From NCBI GenBank assembly GCA_965230975.1, contig OZ246402.1, positions 37,771 to 101,770 on the forward strand: a stretch of 64,000 bases of DNA. Reading direction: 5' to 3'. Source of the DNA: an uncultured Candidatus Saccharibacteria bacterium (GTDB lineage: Bacteria; Patescibacteriota; Dojkabacteria; J137). Shown here in pieces: positions 28,527 to 37,800 of the stretch. The notes under the pieces are model-generated. The model did not search any database, was not told where the DNA came from, and was given only the letters and a program-made list of their open reading frames with translations. The position numbers were made by a program, and so were the translations under genes. Numbering within the stretch: the first letter of the stretch is position 1; the number at the start of each line of letters is the position of its first letter.

Positions 28527-29327
28527 ATGATTTTAGCAGTTACAAATCAAAAAGGTGGCGTAGGTAAAACTACCACAGTAATGAACATTGGCGTATATCT
28601 TGCAAAAAAAAGAAAAAAAGTTCTGCTTGTAGACTTAGACCCTCAAGCAAATTTATCTTCCGGACTAATAGAGAATAAAACCCAAGCTGTAAAGGGAAAT
28701 ATATATGATCTTTTAATTAATAAAGTAGATGTTAAAAACATTGTAAAAACAACTAGACTAAAAGATTTAGACTTAATTCCTTCTGGAATAGAACTTGCGG
28801 GTGCAGAAGTTGAACTTGTTGGCGCTCTTTCTAGAGAAAATATTTTAAAAAGAGGTTTAGAAAAGATAGAAAAAGAATATGACTTTATACTAATTGACTG
28901 TCCACCATCCTTAGGCTTACTTACAATTAATGGCTTAGTTGCGGCAGAGAAAGTTTTAATTCCAGTACAATCTGAATACTATGCATTAGAAGGTTTAGGG
29001 CAACTAATAAATACAATAAAAATGATTAAATCTACTTTAAATCCTACCTTGGATATTGGTGGCGTAATCTTAACAATGTTTGACTCTAGAACTAATTTAA
29101 GCAAAGATGTAGCATCAGAACTTAAAAACTTTTTTGAAGACAAACTTTTTCAAAGCATTATTCCAAGAAGTATTAGGTTATCAGAAGCCCCTTCTCGAAG
29201 CCAAACCATTGCAGAATATGCCCCAAACTCAACTGGCTCAATAGCTTACGAAAATCTTGCCAAAGAAATAATTAACAGATTTAATGGTGGCAACGACATG
29301 CTTAGGCCTAATATTGGTAAAGATTAA
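28527..29327 (+). CDS. parA: ParA/Soj ATPase
   Basis: NQKGGVGKTT, DLDPQAN, IDCPPSLGLLT, PVQSEYYALEG. Confidence 0.97.
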   Translation: MILAVTNQKGGVGKTTTVMNIGVYLAKKRKKVLLVDLDPQANLSSGLIENKTQAVKGNIYDLLINKVDVKNIVKTTRLKDLDLIPSGIELAGAEVELVGALSRENILKRGLEKIEKEYDFILIDCPPSLGLLTINGLVAAEKVLIPVQSEYYALEGLGQLINTIKMIKSTLNPTLDIGGVILTMFDSRTNLSKDVASELKNFFEDKLFQSIIPRSIRLSEAPSRSQTIAEYAPNSTGSIAYENLAKEIINRFNGGNDMLRPNIGKD

Positions 29328-29388
29328 AAAAATATAAACTTCTCGCTTTTCGCTTGTTACTTCTAAACATATTTACTACAATGTAAGC

Positions 29389-30249
29389 ATGTCAAGTAAA
29401 TCAACAGGTCTAGGAAAAGGGCTATCCGCTCTAATCAACAAAGATTCAATTTCAGAAATATCTGAGGGGTACATACCCGCTCTACCAATTGGGTATATAT
29501 CACCAAACAAATACCAACCAAGAATAGAAATCAAGCCAGAAACTTTAGTAGAACTTGCAGATTCAATTAGAGAGCACGGAGTTATAGAACCTTTACTAGT
29601 AACAAAAAGGGCCGAGACATCTTACGAATTAATAGCAGGAGAAAGAAGATGGAGAGCCGCAAAACTTGCAGGGTTTGAAAGTGTTCCAGTTGTTGTTAAA
29701 GAATCAACCCCCCAGGAGATGCTAGAACTTGCAATTATTGAAAACATTCAAAGATCTGATTTAAACCCACTAGAAGAGGCATTGGCATTTGAACAACTTC
29801 ATAAAATGTTTAACTTATCTCAAGATCAGGTTGCAAAAAGAGTTGGTCTTAGCCGGTCTGCAATAGCAAATAAAATTAGATTACTCACTTTGCCAGATGA
29901 AATTAAAAAAGCTTTATTAGAAACCAGAATATCTGAAGGTCATGCAAGAGCTTTGTTAGGGCTTACAAATTCCGAAACATTAATTGCAGCATATAAAATT
30001 ACGGTAAGGGATAATTTATCTGTAAGAGCCGTAGAGGAACTAGTAAGAAGACTTAATAAAGGTAAAAAAATAAACTTAAGAAAGCACATGCGAATTTTAG
30101 ATGAAAAAACTACAATCATAGAAACAAATCTTAAGAAAATCTTTGGAGAAAGAGCAGCAATTTCCAGGTCTCAAAAAGGTGGCAAAATTACTCTCCCCTT
30201 TTCTAACGATGATGAACTTGAAAAAATTTTGAAAGTAATAGAAAAATAA
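29389..30249 (+). CDS. parB: ParB/Spo0J
   Basis: GLGKGLSAL, YQPR, LIAGERRWRAA, ENIQRSDLNP, HTH, GHARALL. Confidence 0.97.
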   Translation: MSSKSTGLGKGLSALINKDSISEISEGYIPALPIGYISPNKYQPRIEIKPETLVELADSIREHGVIEPLLVTKRAETSYELIAGERRWRAAKLAGFESVPVVVKESTPQEMLELAIIENIQRSDLNPLEEALAFEQLHKMFNLSQDQVAKRVGLSRSAIANKIRLLTLPDEIKKALLETRISEGHARALLGLTNSETLIAAYKITVRDNLSVRAVEELVRRLNKGKKINLRKHMRILDEKTTIIETNLKKIFGERAAISRSQKGGKITLPFSNDDELEKILKVIEK

Positions 30250-30307
30250 CCTGCATACACCAATTCATTTAAATGTAGTAAAATCCTTATAGTCAAATTT
30301 TATAAAC

Positions 30308-31663
30308 ATGGCACGACTTTTAATTTCTGCAGCTCATACAATGGAAAATCCTGGTGCAGTGTACCAAGATTTAAGAGAGGCAGATTTAACAAGAAAACTT
30401 TTAGCACTTTGTTTGCCTCATTTAGATGCAAAAAAAATAGAATATAAAGCTGTACCATTAGACCTTCCCTTAATACAAAGAATCGAATGGATAAACAACA
30501 CAGGTTTTAGCGAAGCACAAGGAGACATTTTTGTTGAACTTCATATTAACGATGGTGGGAAACGAGGTGTAGAAGGTTGGTACAGAGGCAATGCATCAAA
30601 CGATAATAGATCTCAAAGACTTGCACAAAATATTGTTGACTATGTTTGTAAAACTACCGGTTATCAAAGCCAAGGTGCAAAAAGCGAATACGAACATGAA
30701 CTAACATCACTTTTAATACTTAACTCTACAAACCCATCTGGTACATGCGTAGAGCTACTCTACTTAGACAACCCCGAAGATATTGCAATTTTGAAAGATG
30801 ATGGCAAAATGAATGATTTGGCCAAAGTAATTGTAGATGCAATTGATGAATTCTTTAAAGATGATGCAAAAAGACCATTGCCTCAACCAAACCCTCAAGA
30901 TGCAATTACTAACAATAACGGAAGCATTCTTAATGCTCAAGTTGGAGCACCTTTAAACATATCACCCGCACCAACTAGCGGTGTAACAAATACAACACTA
31001 CCTAGCCCTATTGTAAGCTCTCCAGCGCAAACACCTTTTGCAGGTGGGTTTGGAGGGGCAAGCCCAATAATTCCTCCGGCTTCACCTTTTGGTGGTGGAT
31101 TAGGCTCTATGGGTGGCTTTGGTGGCGGAATGAGTGGAGGAATAGGAGCACCAAAGCCGGGAGGTTTAGGTGCAGGTAGCAACGGAATGTTAATGGATAG
31201 AGAGCAAAGGAAGACAATGATCAAAGAAACTTACCTAAAGATAATGGGTAAGGAAATATCTCAAAATGATTTAAACTACTATTTAAATTTGGGTTCTAGT
31301 AAATCTGAACTTATAGAGAAACTAATAGAACATGCTGATTTTCAAGCAATTATAAAAGATGGCGCAGAGGCAAAAGAATTAAGAACTAAAATACAAAAGT
31401 TAGAAGGTGAAGTTGCTCTACTTCAATCTAATTTAAACGATACAAAAGCCTTACAAACAAGCCTTGCACAATTGCTAGAACAAAAAAATATAATGATTCA
31501 ACGACTTTATCAAGAACTTCAAAACCATAGAATTTTAATCGAAGGCCAACATATTGATTCATTTAAACCAAAAGCAATTTCTGGATCTTCAAATTCCGGA
31601 TCTTCTAGTGAAACTGCAGGAAGAAAATTATTTAAAAGAATGATGAAAATAGCAAAGGTTTAA
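30308..31663 (+). CDS. N-acetylmuramoyl-L-alanine amidase (Amidase_3) with Pro/Gly linker and coiled-coil tail
   Basis: ISAAH, READL, ELHIN, VELLYLDN ligand pattern; no signal peptide. Confidence 0.8.
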   Translation: MARLLISAAHTMENPGAVYQDLREADLTRKLLALCLPHLDAKKIEYKAVPLDLPLIQRIEWINNTGFSEAQGDIFVELHINDGGKRGVEGWYRGNASNDNRSQRLAQNIVDYVCKTTGYQSQGAKSEYEHELTSLLILNSTNPSGTCVELLYLDNPEDIAILKDDGKMNDLAKVIVDAIDEFFKDDAKRPLPQPNPQDAITNNNGSILNAQVGAPLNISPAPTSGVTNTTLPSPIVSSPAQTPFAGGFGGASPIIPPASPFGGGLGSMGGFGGGMSGGIGAPKPGGLGAGSNGMLMDREQRKTMIKETYLKIMGKEISQNDLNYYLNLGSSKSELIEKLIEHADFQAIIKDGAEAKELRTKIQKLEGEVALLQSNLNDTKALQTSLAQLLEQKNIMIQRLYQELQNHRILIEGQHIDSFKPKAISGSSNSGSSSETAGRKLFKRMMKIAKV

Positions 31664-31732
31664 TTAAATTGTATTGTCCGATAACTCAACTTTAAATTAA
31701 TATTTGGTCTTATATTATAACAAACTCTATTT

Positions 31733-32116
31733 CTAAGATTCTTCTTCAAGATTTACCCTTCTTACACGTTCAAGCTTATAGGGTTTTGTGGCCCATTTAT
31801 AGAATAACTCTTCTTTATTTAGGTAAACTAGCAGTCGTTTTACAAATTCACGCTCAATATTCTTATCTTCAATCTTGGCTAATCCTACCCTTAATAAAAA
31901 AGGACAAGGTATGGAGCCTTCCCCATAAACTTGAATTTCTATGTCTAATTTTACATCAAAAAAAGATTTAAAAAATTTAATAGATTTAGGGAATCCAAGC
32001 ATTTGATAGTTTGTTACAGTCTTTGTGTCAGTAGCAATCAAACCTGCCCTTTCTTGCCCTACAATACATTCATACTGAAAATCTGAAGCTGTTTCAGATT
32101 GTGAAGAATCTAGCAT
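31733..32116 (-). CDS. Hypothetical protein
   Basis: 127-aa ORF filling the gap; no motif recognised. Confidence 0.55.
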   Translation of the reverse strand: MLDSSQSETASDFQYECIVGQERAGLIATDTKTVTNYQMLGFPKSIKFFKSFFDVKLDIEIQVYGEGSIPCPFLLRVGLAKIEDKNIEREFVKRLLVYLNKEELFYKWATKPYKLERVRRVNLEEES

Positions 32117-32228
32117 TGAAAATTGATAAGAAATATTTTTAGTATATCAATATAAATATATTGCAATCAACTTTTATATGTTTTATATCAATTAACTAAA
32201 ATAATCGCTTTTCTGATATAATTGCGTG

Positions 32229-32415
32229 TTTCTTAAGCAAATATTGGAAATCAAAAAGACCAGAGCTTAAGAAAGGAGTTAAACCGAAGACTGATTAATA
32301 TTTAGAGAATTTATTTAAATGAAGTTAAAAACATCAAAATCATTTAAAGAACCTGCCGGCTCAATTTTGCTGGTAATCTCTCTATAGCTAAAAAATCAAA
32401 CTTCTAAAAAACTCC
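32229..32415 (+). ncRNA. Structured RNA upstream of rny (candidate 6S-like RNA or 5' leader)
   Basis: Follows TGaTATAAT; TTTCTTAAGC/GCTTAAGAAA hairpin, then nested stems GGAGTT/AACTCC, GAAG/CTTC, GATT/AATC, TAGAGA/TCTCTA with two apical hairpins. Confidence 0.5.
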
Positions 32416-32440
32416 AATTAATAATTTTTAATTATCTAAC

Positions 32441-34018
32441 ATGGAAACAGGTGCCTTATCACTTGTTCTTGTTGTACTAGCAATACTTGCTGTAATACTG
32501 GGTGGAGTTGTTTTTTACCTATTTCAGCAATTAAATAAAACAAGACAAGATACACAAAAAGCAATAGAAGATGCTTTAGCAAAAAATAAAGAAGTTGCAG
32601 TTTTAAGTGAAGAAAAAGCAATTGAAAGAGCTAGCGATATTGCCAAAAACAAACTAATTGATGCAGAAAAACGAGTATTAGAAATTCAAACAGCTGCCCA
32701 AGAAGCTGCAAGAAAATCAAGAGAACAAATTAAAGAGCAAGAAATAATTCTTGATCAAAGAGAAAGAAAATTAATTGAAAGAGCTAGTAATTTGGACTTA
32801 AGATCTGACCAAATAGAAAAAAAAGAAAACAACCTAGAAACCTTAAGAAGTGATATTGCAAGGCAAAAAGATGAACTTTCAAAAAAGTTAGAACAAATTG
32901 CAGGTTTAACAAAAAAAGAGGCAGAAGATATGCTTAAACAAGAGGTAGAAAAAAATCTAAATAGCTGGGTTGCAAAAAAAGTAAGAGAATCAGAAGAGCA
33001 AATCAAACATGAATCTGATGAGGTTTCTAAAAAAATCTTAGTAGAGACAATGGTTAATAGCGCCACAGATTATGTTGTAGAAACAACAACTACTACATTC
33101 ACTATTGATGATGAAAACCTAAAGGGCAAAATCATTGGAAAAGATGGTAGAAACATTAGAACTTTTGAAAAACTAACTGGCGTAGATGTAATTATAGATG
33201 AAGCTCCAAACCAAGTTACACTTTCATGTTTTGACCCAATTCGAAGAGAAGTTGGAGCACTTGCCCTACAAAAATTATTGCAAGATGGGAGAGTTCACCC
33301 AGGAGCAATAGAAGAAACAATCGACAAAGTTAAAAAAGACGTTTTGAAAGTAATTAAAAAAACTGGAGAAGACATGGCTTATGAAACCGGATTTAATAAT
33401 TTGCCAAACGAAATTATTATGTTGCTTGGTAGATTTAAATACAGATTTAGTTATGGTCAAAACTTGGTAAAACACACATTAGAAATGGTAAAGATTGCAG
33501 AAATGCTAGCAATGGAGCTTGGCGCAGATGTACAGACTGTAAAACTAGCCTGCCTATTGCACGATATTGGTAAGGTAGCACCAGAAGAAGGAAAACAGCA
33601 TCACCATATTTCTGCAGAATTAGCTGCTAAATATTGGAAAGATGAAAGACTAGTGAATGCAATTGCTGCTCACCACTTTGATATAGAAGCCCAATCTGTA
33701 GAAGCGGAAATTGTTAGAATTGCAGATGCAATTTCGGGTGCAAGACCAGGAGCCAGAAGAGATAGTTATGAAGAATATGTAAAAAGAGTAAGGGCATTAG
33801 AAGATATTGCAACAAAATACAAAGGTGTAAAAGAGGCATTCGCAATTAATGCAGGTAGACAAGTTAGAGTAATCGTTAAGCCAGAAGAAACATCTGATGA
33901 AGATACAAAATCTATGGCATATAACATTGCAAGAGAAATTGAACAAACTCAAAATTACCCAGGTGTAATTAAAGTTACAGTAATTAGAGAATTAAGAGCG
34001 CAAGAAGAAGCTAAATAA
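32441..34018 (+). CDS. rny: Ribonuclease Y
   Basis: N-terminal TM, coiled coil, KH (KGKIIGKDGRNIR), HD (LLHDIGK), DAISGARPGAR. Confidence 0.97.
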   Translation: METGALSLVLVVLAILAVILGGVVFYLFQQLNKTRQDTQKAIEDALAKNKEVAVLSEEKAIERASDIAKNKLIDAEKRVLEIQTAAQEAARKSREQIKEQEIILDQRERKLIERASNLDLRSDQIEKKENNLETLRSDIARQKDELSKKLEQIAGLTKKEAEDMLKQEVEKNLNSWVAKKVRESEEQIKHESDEVSKKILVETMVNSATDYVVETTTTTFTIDDENLKGKIIGKDGRNIRTFEKLTGVDVIIDEAPNQVTLSCFDPIRREVGALALQKLLQDGRVHPGAIEETIDKVKKDVLKVIKKTGEDMAYETGFNNLPNEIIMLLGRFKYRFSYGQNLVKHTLEMVKIAEMLAMELGADVQTVKLACLLHDIGKVAPEEGKQHHHISAELAAKYWKDERLVNAIAAHHFDIEAQSVEAEIVRIADAISGARPGARRDSYEEYVKRVRALEDIATKYKGVKEAFAINAGRQVRVIVKPEETSDEDTKSMAYNIAREIEQTQNYPGVIKVTVIRELRAQEEAK

Positions 34019-34022
34019 TATT

Positions 34023-34053
34023 AAGGGGGCCCCGTTCCGGGGCCCCCTTTTTT
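34023..34053 (+). terminator. Intrinsic terminator after rny
   Basis: GGGGGCCCCG-TTC-CGGGGCCCCC followed by T6. Confidence 0.9.
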
Positions 34054-34067
34054 ATGCAATTACTAAA

Positions 34068-34820
34068 TTGAAAAACAAAATTTTAAAAAAAAATATTGAG
34101 GTATCTGTAGTTATACCAGCATATAACGAAGAGGATTTACTTCCATTCACTTTAAATTCTTTAAAAAATCAGGACTACAAAAAGAATTTTGAAATTATAG
34201 TTTGTGATAATAACAGTAAAGATAAAACCGCATCTATAGCAAAAAACATGGGTGCAAAAGTTGTAATAGAAAAACAAAAAGGTACTAGCTACGCGTATGA
34301 TACGGGAATGCGTGCAGCAAGCGGAGACCTAATACTTGTTACAAATGCAGATACTCTACTCCCCTCTAATTGGATTTCTGAGATTGTTAAAGCATATAAT
34401 TCTGACTCAGAACTTGTTGCTGTTGGTACAAAAGTTGAGTTTTATAATGCTCCCAAATGGGTAAATATTATGCTTAAAACATTAGACCTCTTAAACCCGG
34501 TTAAAGCAATGTGGGGTGTATCTATGTCTTGCAGAAAATGGGCATTTTATGAAGTAGGCGGATTTCAACAAGGAATTAACACCAACGAAGATGCAATTTT
34601 TACCCTCAAAATCAAAAAATACGGCCACTTTAAGAGACTTAACAACGTTACAGTACAAATGGACGGCAGAAGATTTAATAACGGGTTTTTTAACGCCATA
34701 AAGGCATGGACTAATGGATTTGGTGTAAACGCTCTATCTATACTTTTTAACTATTCAATAAAAGGTACTATTGAAGGCGCTATAAAGAATTTTGAAGATT
34801 TTAGAGTTAAGAAAGATTAG
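34068..34820 (+). CDS. Glycosyltransferase family 2
   Basis: VSVVIPAYNEE, EIIVCDNNSKD, NAD in place of DxD, ED motif. Confidence 0.92.
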   Translation: MKNKILKKNIEVSVVIPAYNEEDLLPFTLNSLKNQDYKKNFEIIVCDNNSKDKTASIAKNMGAKVVIEKQKGTSYAYDTGMRAASGDLILVTNADTLLPSNWISEIVKAYNSDSELVAVGTKVEFYNAPKWVNIMLKTLDLLNPVKAMWGVSMSCRKWAFYEVGGFQQGINTNEDAIFTLKIKKYGHFKRLNNVTVQMDGRRFNNGFFNAIKAWTNGFGVNALSILFNYSIKGTIEGAIKNFEDFRVKKD

Positions 34821-37800
34821 TTAGCTAAATGGGTTAGACTGAATGCTACTAGATTTTGTATTAGAACTCTCTAAAACAACCTTACCTTGCACAAAACCTC
34901 TAGCATTAACTTTTATAGATTGGTTTAAAACCTCTCCGTTGTTGTTTGTTAACAAATTGTATTCACCCTTTTCAAGTCGCACTTTCATAACACCTTCTTT
35001 ATTTGTAATACCTGCATCTACTACTCCTCCATCTTTATTTATCACTTTAAAAACAACTCCTTTGACTGGAATTCCATTTGTATTTAATATAACAATTGGT
35101 TTTTCTAGCTTATTTAATATAAATACATAAATATTTACTATAAAAACAACTATATAAACTATTAATATTAATCCGTTAATTAAACTTGGAGATGTAATAT
35201 AAACAAAAAGGGAGTATATAAAGCCAACAATTGTTAATGCTTTAAGTGCTCTGAAAACCCAACCGGTAGCTTTTAAATTAAACCTTCTGTTTTGTTTACT
35301 TTTAATCAAACCTTTAGAATTTCTTTTTAAATCAATATCATAGGTTAATACATTATTTTTATACATACCACTAACCATAATTTCTTTCGTTTCATAACCT
35401 TCTGCTTTTACAACCAGCTTATACTCTACTTCACTATCAATTGATAGAGAGTATCTTCCTTTAAAATCGCTAATAGATCTATCTACTATTTTTCCTTCTA
35501 AAGATACAAGCTCTATACTTGCCAATGGAATAATTTCTTTAGAACTTAAGTCATAAACTATTCCAAAATATCTTTTTCTTCTTTGAATATATGCGCCTAT
35601 TAAAGCACCTAATTGAGGCAATGAATTTGCAGGGATAGCCGTAACTGCAAGTACAACACCTCCAAACAGTGGTATTGCCGGCGAAACTACATTACTTGCT
35701 TGTTTTAACAATTCTGCAGAGTTAGCAGTAAACACTTTTAAAGTGCCCTGTATACTTACCAAAAATTGATTAACTAAAGCGCTAAAATCATTTTCCGAAC
35801 CCAAGCCTTCACTATTCGATGAGGTATATGAAATTGGGAAAGATACGAATTTTGGTTCTTCCGAAATTGGTGAAAGAGTCACATAACTTACTGGATTTTC
35901 ATTTTGGGCAGAAATACTAAATGATAATGTTATACTTCTACCACTCTCGGTATTATTGTTTCTAACCCCTACTACATACCAGGTATAGTTACCATTAGCA
36001 AGTGTAGTTGGAATTTGCAACTGACTACTTGTTTTATCTACAGTTGCATAAAATGCTCCATTAATATAAATAGCATACTGCTTTAAGTCTGGGTCTGTAC
36101 TTGATTGCCATTTTAGTAAAGGTGTTCCACTGGTTAGTGTTTGACTATTAATAGGTGAACTTAAAGTTATTGGGTATGTTTGCACTTCAAAAGGAACATC
36201 TTGAATTGATACATTTGTACCAAATTCTGATGTGAATCCAGCATTATTTGTAGCAAGGGCAGAGAACTTTATAATACTTGTTCCATCACTACCTGGGACT
36301 GTAACTTCTGCCTGCCAAGGGTTTATTCCGCCTGTAACTTGAGTAATATAGTTCTCTTGAAAGAATAGGCTATCTACACAATTAGATTCTGAAGCAATGG
36401 CACCATTAGATAAACATATTTCTAAATCAAAAGGCCCTTCATTATTAACATTATTATCTAAAACACCCTCTAATAAGTATTTCCCACCACCAACATAAGT
36501 TATAGATTGGATTACTGGAGAATTCATACCGTTATTAGCAATTGTATTTGATGCATAAGAGTCTGCATCTCCTGAATCGTTGGTGTTTACACCTGCAACA
36601 TTATTTTCAAGCAAATCTATAGATTGGTTTCCAGATGATATGTTTGTAAATATATTTTCCGAAATTTTTACCCCTGTTATATTACGCATTCTAATACCTG
36701 TTGCAGATATGTTATTGAAAGTATTATTTTGAATATGTATAGAATCAGGAGATGTTATGTTTCTAATATATATACCATTGTGTGTAGAAGATATATAGTT
36801 GTTTTTAAATTCTCCAACTCCATTCCAGGTTTCGTATGCAGCAAGGTTTTGGGCAGTTGGAGCTGTTTGTCCACTACCTACAAATCTGGATAGGTCAAAT
36901 TTTTGTGTTTTGGATTTATTTGCACCAATTGTATTGTTAGAAACTACTAAAGGTAAACCATCCTCTAATGTAATAATTCTGGCAACAACGTTATTTGTTA
37001 TTGTAACTGGACCTTCGGCATAAATTTCAGAAACATTGAATATTGTTTCTCCGCTTACATCTGTTCCACAGTAATTATTATTGATAACAACATAACCTCT
37101 ACTAAATATACATGTGCCTTGAGTGGTATTAATAATATTATTTTGTAGCAATGCACCACCTATATCAGATTCGATAAAAATCCCATAACCATCTACAGCC
37201 TTGGTGAGTAAAGTACCCGCAGGGTTAGTACCAAATTTATTATTGATTACTTCAATATGTGATGTTGCTGTAGGAGACCCAAGTCTTAAGGCAATATTAT
37301 TTATATTTGAATTGAACCATCCAAATAAGTTATTTGATATATTTAATTCTCCTTTAATTGTATCTGAATCTATAAGATGTGTTGCACAGTCACTAGATAA
37401 CTGTAACCCTTTCGCATCTGTGCAAAAGTAATTGTTAGTTATAGTTACATTTTCCGAAGCATCTGCTGCAATGTATGTATAGTTTGTTGCGATTAATTCA
37501 CCAGTAGTGTTGCTTAGAATAAAACCATTTATTGTTAAATCTAATAAATCTTTTGTTGCAGTATCTGTTAGTGTTTTAAATATATTTGTGGCAACTCCAG
37601 CTCCAGTAATTAAAATATCCGGTCCAAAAGTGTTTCTATTATTGCCACTATTTGTTTCTTGAGTAGCTCCATCTATTATTACCTCTTTATAAGAAACTAT
37701 ATCAGGCAAGCTACTAGCTAGTGTTATTAAAAAGTAATCATCTCCGTTTGCTGAATCACCACTGCTACTTGTGTTTGCATCATCATAATCTCTGTAACCT

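Noticed and set aside
28471-30307. Canonical parS or oriC near parAB
   Set aside because: No TGTTTCACGTGAAACA-like site or DnaA-box cluster seen by eye; not exhaustively scanned
7638-34053. GGGCCCCG hairpins at 7638 and 34023 as a REP/MITE family
   Set aside because: Only two copies, each directly after a stop codon; terminators explain them
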